Shown here: piece by piece, positions 36,062-48,109 of the stretch
Layout of the letters: each line of letters starts with the position of its first letter
How positions within the stretch are numbered: the stretch's first letter is position 1
Assembly: GCA_964036045.1 (NCBI GenBank)
Contig: OZ038379.1
Location: 7,688,001 to 7,752,000, forward strand
Source of the DNA: Eutreptiella sp. 'Long Island Sound 2002'
Taxonomy: Eukaryota; Protista; Euglenida
DNA: 64,000 nt
Direction: 5' to 3'
The notes under the pieces: model-generated
Database searches by the model: none
Seen by the model: the letters and a program-made list of their open reading frames with translations, nothing else
What the model was told of the DNA's origin: nothing
Position numbers and translations under genes: made by a program

Positions 36062-36568
36062 ATGGCAGCAAACTACCCACCGCATGAGCATGGGGAACAT
36101 CGGTCTGTTGAGCAGCGGGGTCTTGTCCAAGACTTCTTCGTGCCCATTGACGAAAGGAGAGCACCCCGTGAGAATTTGGCTCGGCGAACTCAGGATGCTG
36201 ATACAAACTTCTCGGAGACCGAACTTCAAAAGCCCGTCGAACTCTTCAAGCCATCTCCTCCTCGGCACTATGGCTATGGGGAACTTGCTTTTGTGGTGGC
36301 CCAGGCCATCGCCATTTTGTTTTTCGGTTTATTCACACAATTCTCTGACGAGATCCAGCCCGGCACATCCATCAATGAAGCTGACGCCAAGGATGTTGTC
36401 CAAAATCTGTATCCTTTCTTCCAAGATGTTCACGTGATGATCTTCATTGGTTTCGGCTTTTTGATGACTTTCATCAAGACCTCCATGTGGTCGGCACTGG
36501 CCTTCAACTGGATCATCTCAGTTTGGGCTTTGCAGTGGGGCATCTTGAGCAACGGCTTTTGGCATCAG
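36062..36568 (+). CDS. Rh50: Exon 1 of Rh-type ammonium transporter (Amt/Mep/Rh family)
   Basis: ATG 8 nt after ttgttctttccaaaag. Contains YPFFQDVHVMIFIGFGFLMTFIK, a Rh hallmark. Donor cag|gtacca at 36569, phase 0. Confidence 0.92.
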
Positions 36569-36652
36569 GTACCAGTCATTCTGGGGGGTGTCAGGTCACC
36601 CCTCCGCCCCCCTTGTCCAGTCCCCATTGTTGATTGATCCCTGAGGGATGAG

Positions 36653-37044
36653 GGAACCATCACTTTGGTCATGTTCCAAGGACCAGAGGGCACAATGGGC
36701 AAACAAACGCCCGCGTACTTGAAGGACATATTTCCGCCAGGTACGCCCAGCAGGGTTTTTTCTCTGTCTTCTCATAGCAGAATTTTTTCACAACAACAGA
36801 CTTCTTTTCTCGTTGCCCCAGTGGCGTGGCACTTTCTGATACTGCATGAGCAGATGGCAGGTTACAGGTGAGTTTCAAGTATACGTCCCGCCACCACGGG
36901 TGGTGTGCGGCCCAGGTACCGCACGGGACAACATATGTTGTACTTACACTGTCATTACTGATCCGGCCCGTCTGGCCGAGCACTTACGAAGAACTTGTAA
37001 GTCTGAGCAAAAAAGAAAAGGAACCATCACTTTGGTCATGTTCC
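36653..37044 (+). mobile_element. Intronic insertion flanked by a 25-bp direct repeat (TSD-like) with an A-rich 3' end
   Basis: GGAACCATCACTTTGGTCATGTTCC at 36653-36677 and 37020-37044. The insert ends ..GAGCAAAAAAGAAAA. Confidence 0.7.
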
Positions 37045-37206
37045 CCTGGGGGTGTGGGGGAACCGTCGTGCACAAGGAGGCACTGGACAAGGGGGCTGGG
37101 GGGTTGTGTGGGCGCTTGCTTGGCCTTGGTGCATGCTCTGCTCTGGTGTTTTGGAAGGGTTGCCCATGTTACACAACGGCTGCCAAACCCTTTGATTGGC
37201 CCTCAG

Positions 37207-38171
37207 GTGATCGGTGGGACCACGTGGCACAAGATACCCCTCACCATTGAGAATCTGATCATTGGGGATTTTGGGGCTGGTGCTGCCATGATCACGTTTG
37301 GGGCCATCCTTGGCAAGTGCAACTTGCAGCAGCTGTTCTTCTTAGTCTTCTGGGAGATGTTCCTATGGGGTTTGAATGAATCCATCGGAGTGCAAAAGTA
37401 CAAGGCAACCGACATGGGAGGCAGCATGTTCGTTCATGCCTTCGGAGCCTATTACGGTGTTGCTGCCACTTGGTTCTTCCAACCCAAGCGCACAGCTGAG
37501 AGCAAAAACTTGCAAGACGGATACATCTCCGAGGTGACGGCCCTCCTGGGAAGTATCTTCTTGTGGATGTACTGGCCATCATTCAACGGCGCGCTGGCTG
37601 TTGGTGCCGCTCAGCACCGTGTCGTCGTCAACACTGTGCTTTCTATTGGGGGCAGTTGCGTCGGAGCAGCCTGTGTTGCTCGATGGCTATTCGGCAAGCT
37701 GGAGATGGAGATCATGGTCAACGCCACCCTTGCAGGAGGAGTGGCCATTGGATCGGCCTCCGACATCATCACTGACCCGTGGGCCACCATGACCGTTGGG
37801 TTCTGCGCAGGAGCATTCTCTGCTTTCTCGTTCCAAAGAATTGGGCCGTTTTTGTCCAGAACAATCAATCTGCAAGACACCTGCGGGGTCAACTCTCTTC
37901 ATGGCATGCCGGGCATCCTGGGGGCTATCGTCAGTATTATTGCCATCGCAATGTCCAATAGCCAGGGGTTCCCAAGTGACTACTTCCCTAAGGTTGCAGC
38001 TGGAGGCAGTCTCGGTGACCAGTGCGCAGCGCAAGCCTACGCTCTGCTGACCACCCTTGGAATTGCCGTGGCTGGAGGTCTCAGTGGAGGCTTCATTGCA
38101 AGTCTACAGCCTTGGCACCCAGTGCATGCGCTGTTCAGGGACGATGACCACTTCTGGGAAGTGGTGAACAG
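37207..38171 (+). CDS. Rh50: Exon 2 of Rh-type ammonium transporter
   Basis: Acceptor cctcag|gtg. Motifs DMGGSMFVHAFGAYYG (first pore His), FLWMYWPSFN, NATLAGGVAIG, DTCGVNSLHGMPG (second pore His) and FRDDDHFWE. Donor aacag|gtacgg, phase 2. Confidence 0.95.
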
Positions 38172-39479
38172 GTACGGTGCTTCGTGTGGAGGTGACCTCC
38201 CTCTAGCCAGGTGCGACCATTTGGTAACAACACGTTTGGTGCCTATTCGGTGTCTTTCTAACCTCCACCAATGCTTCATCTTTCAATGAGCTTTTACACC
38301 CTGTTGCGAGGAGAGTTTGGCAGGCGCAACAGTGGTCGGTCAACTGTTGTCCCATGTCCTCCTCAGCAAAGGGCTGGGTGCAGTGAACGGGGGGGGGAGA
38401 ATTATGCGGGGGGAATTTTCCGCGGGGAAAATTCCGTATTTCAACTTGGTGTGGAATTTTCCAGTCGTTTTTTGAGGGGAGGTGCCGAATTTTCCCCATG
38501 CGGAATTGTGCCTGTGAAAGCCACCGTAGGACCCGTTTGGATTTTTTTCTTGGCATGATCATGCTAAAAGGGGGGGCTAATGTGTGCTGGTGTCTCATCA
38601 GCAGCAAGGCGCAAGCTTGTGGGTATGCTCTGCAAATTCTCTGGCACTGAGATGCGATGTTTACCGCCACTCGTTGGTTTCCAAAATTTCAAGGATCCCC
38701 CTTTGCTTCCAATGCACTCAAGATTTGGGAGGTGCGGAATTTTCCCCTTGATTTTTTGGGACAGGTGCGGAAGATTCCCTGTGCGGAATTTTCCCCCGCC
38801 GAAAAATCCCTGTACAGAACCTCCCCCCCCCCCCCCCCGGTATGTCTTTCAATGCCAACTCCATTTTCCTTGAGTTGTTAGTTCCCGTTGATTCAATTTG
38901 TAGCCCTGTTTTAGACTGCACAGTGCAGGTACGCGTTTTGGCAGGCAGTAGCAAGCATAGCTCTTCACAATGAAATGTGCACAAGGTGCACAACTCACCA
39001 TGCACTTTACACATGGGCGGAAAATAGGCCAAAAAAAAATGAGCATTCGCCTCTGAGGTGGTCCATGGTGGATTTGCGATCAACACACACTTGACCCAAG
39101 GGGAGGGGGGCGTCTCACATGCTTATTTTGTGAGATATCTGTCCCGAAAAATGTTTGCACTCATCAGGTGCGCCAGTGGTCTGCACTGCAGCATCACCAG
39201 GTGCACAGGGAGCAGGAAGGCGGCAATCCTCACGTCTCGTTTCCTTCAGGGTACTCTCCTGTCGCAGTGAAAGGCGCCTATGGCAATGTCAGTGTAGACA
39301 CCTTGTTCTGCTGTGTAGTGTGTTTGTATTGTGCCTCCTGAGGACCAGGGCTTCAAGCATACATCCGCATCCCATAGCGGGGTATGCTTGGGGACAACCC
39401 CCTCTACTTACGCACATCGTTGTCCATGCCTTAAATGCAGATCCATGCCCTTGCTGCCATTGCCTCACATTTCTTCCAG

Positions 39480-39993
39480 ATACCCTCCGGACTTTTTGAT
39501 TGGCTCCGATGAGACCTACGACGAGGCCAAGGCTTCGTTTGACGAAATCCGGGGGGCACTCGCTCTGAAAGCCAAATATTTGGGTGGGGATTTGGATCGT
39601 GGCATTGATCTGCTGGTCAATGAGATCTGGAATGATGTCTGCGAACCAGGTCAACAGAACATGAGCCGTGAGCAGTGCCGTGTGTTCCTCCAGACCTACG
39701 TCCAAGAAGCCAATCCCAATTTGGTCATTAGTGATGCTGCGTTCAACCAGATCTTCCAGATCATCGACGTTTCGGATGACCGACGAGTTCAGAGGCAAGA
39801 GCTCGCAAACTTCATCAAACGGACATCCGCAGAAACAAGGCACGGCAGAGAGAAGGCGCACACCTCAGACCTGTTGTACCCTGTCGTTAATGTCTCGACA
39901 ATACCTCCTCCAGCCATGCCGTACTCCCCCCAAGTCCCACTCTACAATACTCCGCAGGCATCACCTGCCAACTACAGCCAACATTACCACTAA
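39480..39993 (+). CDS. Exon 3 of Rh gene: EF-hand-pair-containing C-terminal extension
   Basis: Acceptor cacatttcttccag|a, phase 2, giving N-R-YPPDFL in frame. Contains a degenerate EF-hand (IWNDVCEPGQQNMSREQCRVFL), a near-canonical EF-hand (FQIIDVSDDRRVQRQELANFI) and a Pro/Tyr-rich tail. About 661 aa in total. Confidence 0.75.
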
Positions 39994-42900
39994 TATCCAC
40001 AGGCTCAACCGTTGTTACCATGGAAACCCCAAGAATGCATGTCCATTGAGGAAACAGGGCGTGGACTGAACGCACAGAGGGAACGCTATGTTTCTTTTTG
40101 TTTGCAAGGCCAACTGCTTCCCCTGGTTGTTGGCCTCTCAGAGTGCTGAGACGAACAGATCATCAAGAGATATAGTTCGATTCTTTACCAATACGGTTTA
40201 GGTTCACAAGACGCGTATACGACATTTGCAAGCTGCATTTTTTCATGTTGGCCTATCGCTGTAAGTTTTGTGTGCTTGCATGCTGTTCATCTCAGGTCTG
40301 TCATGTGTGTTCGCCGTAAGGCCCAATGAAAGATCTTGGAAGACAGTGTGCCCTCATGTTGCAGAGCTGCAGGCAGGAGCCTCCCCACGGCCAACGACGC
40401 GGACAACAGATTGCTTCTGCGGTGCCTTAGGCACATCTTGTCCTTTTGAAATCTATATATGGACACATATTTCCAGCTACAAAGTGGGAGGGGTGCCAAT
40501 CAGATTGCGGCATTCAATTGATTGAGTGCATGTCTAAATTTTCATTGGGTATCAAGTTCCTCCTTTCTACATTTCTTTTTTTTCCCACAGACGTGCAGTT
40601 TGAGAACCCTTTTCTCCGGGTTTGGCACACGTTGTTTAGTCAAAACGCTGTCTGAAGGCACAGACAATCAAAATAGCTTTAGTGGCGGGAGATGGTCGAG
40701 TTGAGGTGCAAGCCACTTGGGAACGTTATGGCGTGAGCCTCGTGCTACAGTGATGGACCTTGGCTGCCGGAATGAGACAACCTAGTCTGCACCTCCTCCC
40801 CTCCCCCCCTAGTTCGCTGCAGATAGGTTGCCCTCAGGCACGTGTTGCGTCCATGTGGAATCAGTGTTTTTTTGAGACAAGGGTTTGTGCACACAGATTT
40901 AAATTTTCTTCGAGGTGCATCGGCAAGTCTGAAATATTCGAGTGATGGCAAGGCACTGCTCCCTCATGCCCTGGCCCTGCACACCCCTGTGCGCAGCCCG
41001 GCACACCAGTGCACTTGTTGTACCTGTTGTGGTTCTTCGGTGTGCTGTTTTCTCCCGCACCACAGGGAACGTGAAACCCACTGGAAAGGGAAGGAGAAAC
41101 TCTCTGTTTTGACGAAGGAAAGATGAAGCCGCCGGCCAGTGACACCTTGGTTCTTACCTCACTACACCGGTCAAAGCGAAGCAATCTGTCATGAACGTTT
41201 TGTCCTTCTCAACCAATACACAGGATGTCGCAACCCAAGCCCAAGGATAGAGGAAGTAGGCATACTCGACAAATGCATGAATGATTGTGCCTCTGCGATT
41301 TCCCCTGCAGAAGGGGGGTGAAAGATCAAAGCGCTCACAAAAAGTGCAAAGAATGGCTGCAGCCATTGCACGGCCCAGCGAAATAATGGCGTGCAATGGT
41401 TGCGTCTGTGTGCAGCGTGTGCAAGTGCATGAGTGTGTGGAGACCACTTCAGTGCATGGAAGCTGTTTGATGCGGCGACAAGTAGAATTACATGTCCATG
41501 GCATGTGAGACTGCTGAAGACACATCTTATGGCATTTGAGGGCAGTTCAGCATCAGTTGCTGTTTGGTTTGTGATTTTGTCGTATCAACTCATTGTACCT
41601 TTTCCACTTTCTCTGACGACATTACAATTACAAGCTTTAGCCAAGCAGGCAAAGATGTGACCGATTCATGATGATCTATTGTGCATGCCCTCACGCTTGA
41701 TTGCTTGATGTGGCGCATGCAGCACCCTGTGAGTGCCCTAAGGCCCACAAATAGGTCTTGTCGTTAATGTTTCATCAGCTTGTGGGCCTGGTTCCAACCA
41801 TCCCATGCAATGGTCCCGTGTTTTGTTATGCCTTATTACTTATGATTGGCATGACCTTTGGAATGCCGTGCACACAGTGCGCACGCAGTGCAAACTTTTG
41901 TGTGTCGGCAACTACTTGAACCCTAGTTTTGGCCTTTTTTCACCAGTTGGTTGTTCCATAACAGATTTTTTTACGCTTCTTGTGCTTTGAGGATGTGGCG
42001 CATTTGAATTGCCACCCATTTTCACCGATTTTCAGCCATTTTAGGGTTGTTACACACTCCAAAGCGGATTCCAACCTTCATGGTCATTGCCTTGCTATCT
42101 CTAGGAAACAATGTCTTTGTGGATTCTCTTTATGATCCAGCACGTGAACCCTCCATTCGCACTCTCAGATCATTGCGAATCAGTAGCATGGCTTATCAGT
42201 AACGGCCCACATAGTACTGCATATTGCTACAGGGCCCCAATCGGGTCAAGACAGAATGCCTATGTCCCCAGAAGGCTGCCACCATCCCCCAACACACTCA
42301 CACAAACGCAGATTGCCATTGGCTGCGGCCACCAATCACCAAGGATATGAAGACCCTTGTGACGCCTGCATAAATGCCTCGTTTCCTCCCTGGCTTGGTT
42401 TCATTGCGTCGGCACTGCACGCAGTGCGCACGTAGGTAGCCGGATGTTGAAGATTTGTCCGCCAAAGGCCAAACGGACCGATCGTCTGATCAACAAAGGA
42501 CCATTGTTGCAAGTGCTCCTGCCCCCGTTCTCCTGAGCAATCGCTCACATCATACATAGCACCTCCATGGCCCAGTAAATATGTTTGTGGATGTCTGCTC
42601 GCCGTCAAGAATCCACAAACATGTGTGGTTGTGCAGACAACAGCATCAGCTCCACCTGCCCCCTGCTTTGTCCGCCGATCCGCCCATAGTGTGGCACAAC
42701 TAGGGACCTGCATGCAGGAACCACCACCATTCCCAGGATCAAGAGGGCACAACCATGTGATGCCTCAGCCAAAAGGCAGATGTCCTACAAGCATTGTCTG
42801 CGACTGTATTTCCTGCGGAAGTTTCGCTGCGGTTGCTCGGTTTGACAGAGCTTACACCGTGAGCGCCCCGGCAAGCTAGGCTTCGCCTTTCTGCCTCCCG

Positions 42901-45819
42901 CCTGTCCTCCTCCCGGTTTCCCCCCGTCAAAGATCTGCTGGTTTCCCGCACATTTTCGGCCAGTGCAGTTTGCTGTGTGTATTCCTCCCATGAAACTCAT
43001 TTTAGCTTTTTGTTGGTTTGTTTCTTCAATTTTGAAGTGCAGACAACGAACTGCTAGTGTTGTTTGCATGGTTGGATAGTACGCTGAACCCTGTGATGCT
43101 GTCCTCAGATGCCTACATGCACAACAGCTTGTGGCTGATGGGGACACGGCATTATATGCTTCATAAGCTGCTGTGGCAGACAAGTGGTTGTGGGGTCATT
43201 GCACAACATCCACCTATATTGTGTTTGTTTGACAGTGAATTTTGTTTTTATGGAATGCAGCATTGCAGACACAGAAAACATATTGTTGCATAGATATTGA
43301 TGAGATACATGGACTTGAGTTTGTGCATTCTTTGTCTATTTATCAGTTTTGAGCTAATGGAGTGCAAGCCCCACCAGTGCAGCAGTGGACAGGAGGATGT
43401 CCCCTACCCAATGCCCCTTTTAGTGTGGCAGCGTAGTAAAGGATGCCACCGCCTGCTGCCCCCTGCAATTGCACGTCTGTCTGGCCGGGGGGGGGGGGGG
43501 GTGGCAGGTGTGAGTGGAGGGCATCCTTTCTTGGAAAATCGTCGAATTGGGTAGGCCATGGAGGCCGACTTGCTGCCGCAAGTACCGCCAGCCATGGCTG
43601 CCCCATTACTCGCGGGGAGGGGGGATGGAATCTCGGGTAGGCAAGATTGCGGTGGGGAAGATTTCAGCACCCTCTTTTGCCCCATGTGTACAGTTGTGGG
43701 AAATTTCAGCTGACCCAAATTTTGGTGAGCCGTGCCCCAAATTTTGGTGAGCAGTGTGTGCCAAATCAGCAAACACTAAAGAAAAGGGCAAGGCCTGAGG
43801 TCGGCTCTCCATTTTGAGGGGGGTACTAACTCGAGGAAGGGGTGTGATGATGCCCAGTTTCCTCAGGTCCACACAGTTCCCCGCATGGCAGATAGTTCCC
43901 AAATTGTTGATTGTGCCCAGCCGTTGACCCTGGTTGTACCTCTTCAATATGGACGCCCCGGGCCTTGCTGTTTATCTTTTGAAATGTGCGTGTTTTTTGC
44001 TATGGTCCCCCATTCTTTTCATCCCAGTAGTTGGTCATAATACAATGGGAATGCCATGCACGCGGTGCGCACACAGTGCGAAGTTTTGGATGTCGGCAAA
44101 TACTCGGACCCTACTTTTGGCCCCTTTTGACAAGTTTTTGGTCCCATACTGGGTTTTTTTTTTAGCTTCCGATGCATTTGGGATGTGGCACATTTGAATT
44201 GTCACCCTTTTTTTGCCCATTTTCAACCATTTTTACCCATTTTCCATCCCCCATATTAAACTCTCCCCACTAACTGTTCTTTGTCTTCAACAAAACCTTT
44301 CGGTGCTATTGAGCAAACCGGGCCAATCTTTCCTGCGGTCGGTGTTACGGTTGTAACTCAGCCCCCTTCCTTGCGTTCATGCCTCTCCCATGTTTGTTGC
44401 CAAATGTCAAACGGGCAGCCTGAGCTTGGTATGTGGTCATACAGCTCCAGGGTGTCTGCAGCGGAACTACTGTATTTTGCACTTTGTTCGTAGAATACAC
44501 AAGTCAATCTCCGCGGACCTTGAGGAGTTTGTGGTACGGCCTTCATCCCCACCACATCACTGTCCTCGCTCGCCATCAACAAGCGTGTCGTGTCCACGCT
44601 CAAAATCACAACCGCCCTCCCCTTCATCCTATTTGCTACCAGACAGGTGAAAGGTATTCATGGATGAGTATCCCGGCCTCTGCGTGCACAGTATGCACGC
44701 AGTGCGCACACAGTGCAACAACTTGGCCAATGCAACAAGTGGGACACAATGCCTAACATACCCCCCCCTTTGTCGTTCCCCACCCCTTGTCGTTCCCGGG
44801 GGGGGGGGGGGGCAACCCAAAATTGTTCGTTGCGGCTCATTGTGTTGTTGTGTGGGTGACTGTGTTGTGGGGCACTGCCACTTGTATCCCTTGCACTCAT
44901 GGCAGAACATTTTGCTCACTTTTGCTGAAATTGAACTTGATAGCACAACCATGGGACAAGTGTGATGTTCATCCGCTCCACGGGGGAACCTGTTTTGGCA
45001 CAGGTCGTTGGACATTCAGAGCATGGTGATGCATATCGCCACATCACTTATGACCGTGATGGCACACCGTCCTGCACGACTTCCCAAAGGGAAATGGGTT
45101 CCCAAAAATCTGCTTGCGCCTGCCAAGCCTCCTACCAAGAAGGCAAAACCACCACCCAAGAGTGCTGCCCAAAGCATTCCAGTGAGGGACTCAGTGGAAA
45201 GTGGAGAGCATGTGCAAGAGTTCAAGGTGAAGTGGAGCAGGACCAACACCCATTAATTAAATGCTGGCCAGGCCGCTGGCCGAATGGCAAATTTACGCGT
45301 AAATGCGTAAATTTTACGAAAACGGCCACTTTTTGGGCCACCGCAGTGTTTATCGGTGTAAATTCGGTGTAAATTGGTGTAAATTGCTATTTTTGCACTA
45401 TTTCATGATGGAATTGACCTTCTTTGTCTTGCAAGTTGCGTGCTTTTTGTCATTTTGTTCACATTGTTGCCATTCGTACATGGTTGTCAAGGCAAGTTTC
45501 CCGCGCGTGGTGAGGTAGGGTAATCTATGCATAGGAGAATGGTTAAGAGCAAAGCTTGGGGGTAGAAGAGGGTTGGTGACAGGGGTGGCTTCCTCCCCAA
45601 ACTTGGTGGCACAACAACGTTGGTATCAACATGTGGGGTAGGGTAATGAAAAATGCATGGAAAGAAGAGAAGAATAATTGTAGAGTAGAAAAATGTCGGT
45701 GGTAGGGGCGGCCTCCTCCCCAGACTTGGGGGCACAACAAGGTTGCTTACAAGAGTGTCCTTCTTTCCTCTGCGTTGTCATTGCACCCCCCCCCCCCCCT
45801 CTTTCTTTTGATTAGTAAT

Positions 45820-46170
45820 AATAAACAGTACCCATCCACGGTTGTAAAAAAAAAACCCGGCGATGCCCAGCTGACAATCAGCAAACAAACAGCACCCATC
45901 CGGAGTTGAAAAAAAATAAACAGCGAGGGCCACGTGACAATTAGGAAAAAACAACACCCATCCACATTTGTAAAAAAAAACAAACAGGGATGACCAGTTA
46001 ACAATCAGAAATAACCAGCACCCATCCAGAGTTGTAAGAAATTAAACAGTGAAGACCAAATCACCATCAGGAATAAACAGCACCCATCCAGAGTTGTAAA
46101 AAAAATAAGCAGTGATGTTCATGTGACAATCCGAAAAAACAGCACACGTCTAGAGTTGTAAAAAAACAGC
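45820..46170. repeat. Minisatellite, 62-64-bp unit, 6 copies
   Basis: The CCCATCC anchor falls at 45831, 45895, 45957, 46021, 46083 and a degenerate copy at ~46145. Confidence 0.85.
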
Positions 46171-47339
46171 ATTCAAGCAGAGTGGTGTTAGTGGTGTCTA
46201 GGTCATATGCATGAATGACTATTTGTGTCTTATGAAACATTTGGGGAATGGGTAGGAAGAAGGAAGCATGAAACAGGTAAAATGGTAGAATTTTTTTTGG
46301 ATTTCTCTCAAAAAAGGTGGAATTTACACCAAAATTTACAAAAATTTACAATCTACTGGCCGCTGGCCGAAAAGCCTCGGGCCAGTGTTTATTTCAAGGG
46401 TGAGGACCAAGAAATTTTACTCTGAGCCGGTCAAGGAGTAGGTCTCCGTACATTGGCAGCCCTTTGAACGCATCTTATGCTGAATTCTTTTGTTTTATGC
46501 TGCAATTTCTGTGCCTGCAAATGTGCGTGTATGGTGGTGGTGCGGTCCCCCAGGGGGCCAGGGGGTGGTGGGGGACCGTCTTCCCTGGGGGAGGGTACTG
46601 CCACAGCTCTATACCTAAAGACACAGAAAACTGGGGGAAATCATGGAAAATGGAGAGATATTTCTGCATCCGCTTTTCCCGTGCTGCAAAGAAATCAACG
46701 GGAGCGAGCGTTTGGAGTGCTGTTGCTTTTGTTTTAGCGGTTATTGAATTCTAAGGGCATGGCCCTCAAGGACCCCGCACTTCTTCAGAGTGACAGCTCA
46801 GCCATGGAGGCAAACCCTGCTTCAGCCAGTGCAGTGGCATACCTACCATACCCCAGAGCTGTCAAAAACTGCAAAATATAAGCCTAAGGGTGGTGGGAGC
46901 ACTGCGGTGGATGGAGCAACGCGGGTTTTGTGGCAGACTTCAGGGTTTGGAACCCTCTTTTTTCTTGTCATTGTTGCCACTATTGCTGCTGCCACGCTGC
47001 CACTGGTACTGGTGGAGCTTTCACTTCCACTGTCACCCTCACTCCCACTGTCACCCCCACTATCACCCCCACTGTCACTAGCACTGCCCCTCTCATGTGT
47101 GGGAGGGGTTGCCTGCAGGGCAAGGGTAGCAGAAGAGAAAGCAAAGGAATGATTGTTGGTGGCCGTACGCCAATGATGTAACATATGACCGAACTGAGCT
47201 CACCTTTGCAGCTTCTGGACTATGTCTACTGAATACACGCAAAAAAAAAAGAGGAAGAGGAAGCAAATGGCTGGTAGGGGGGGGGGGTTTCTAGCAGGGC
47301 ACCCAAGGTCCGCAGCAGGGTCATGGGAGGGCCTCCGAA

Positions 47340-47870
47340 GAGGATACCTAGGGTCCGTGGTAAAACTTAGAAGAAATTTATTTTTCTAAGTTTCAAATCT
47401 TAGTCAAAAAACATTTACTAAGTTTTTCCTATGCGGGTGGGGTTTTTACTAAGTAATTTACTAAGTGATGTACTAAATTACTTAGTAAAAACTTACAAAA
47501 AATTTTCTACCAAATAAATTACTTTGTAGAAAAGATATTTTTACTAAGTAATTTATTTAGTAAAAAATTCATTTTTTCCACTAAGTAAATTACTTGGTAG
47601 AAATTTTACTTTCTACTGAGTAAATTACTCACTGAAAATTTTTTACGAAATACTAGAAAATTCATTTTTGTCTACCAAGTAAATTATTTGGTAGAAAAAA
47701 ATTTTACTAAGTAATTTACCCAGCGAAAAATTAATTTTTTTTGCGAAGTAAATTATTTGGTGGAAAATTTTTTCACTGAGTATTTTACTTACTAGAAAAA
47801 TAAATGTATTTTTTTATTGAGTAATTTACACGGTAGAAAAATATATTAACTTTTGTTTTTTGTACAAAAT
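47340..47870. repeat. AT-rich array of ~35-bp self-complementary units (CTACCAAGT-AAATT-ACTTGGTAG)
   Basis: Palindromic cores at about 47451, 47511, 47546, 47583, 47618, 47677, 47709, 47746, 47778 and 47819. Confidence 0.8.
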
Positions 47871-47985
47871 TTACGCCGCTAGTGATTGTGTCCCCCGCTT
47901 TGCAGCGTTGGGAACCCCTAGACGGCAGCGGTTATGTAGCCAATCCGCCCACTTGTTGGGATACTCTGATTTTGTTCCCTGCTCC

Positions 47986-48020
47986 GGGTTAACTGGGTTA
48001 GGTTAACCCTAACCCTAACC
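47986..48020. repeat. Interstitial telomere-like junction (GGGTTA.. / ..CCCTAA)
   Basis: GGGTTAACTGGGTTAGGTTAACCCTAACCCTAACC. A further CCCTAACCCTAACCC lies at 49402-49417. Confidence 0.6.
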
Positions 48021-48109
48021 ATGACTGAATATCTGAGCTGGTGGGGGAAGGAACATAATCTAGGGGACTTAAACGACAAATGAGGTACACATTGGAAAGT
48101 GGATGAGAG

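Noticed and set aside
36840-36965. Possible box C/D snoRNA in the Rh intron insert
   Set aside because: No proper RUGAUGA box C with a terminal stem. CUGA alone is uninformative.
36868-37206. N-terminal 113 aa of the 473-aa ORF in the track
   Set aside because: Intronic read-through. Rh homology starts at the acceptor at 37207, and exon 1 supplies the true N-terminus.
45820-46170. Repeat array with ~63-bp period, superficially CRISPR-like (conserved ~28 nt plus variable ~35 nt)
   Set aside because: The 'spacers' are homologous to each other (aaacag.gatg...gtgacaatc), the repeats are degenerate, there are no cas genes and the context is eukaryotic. It is a minisatellite.
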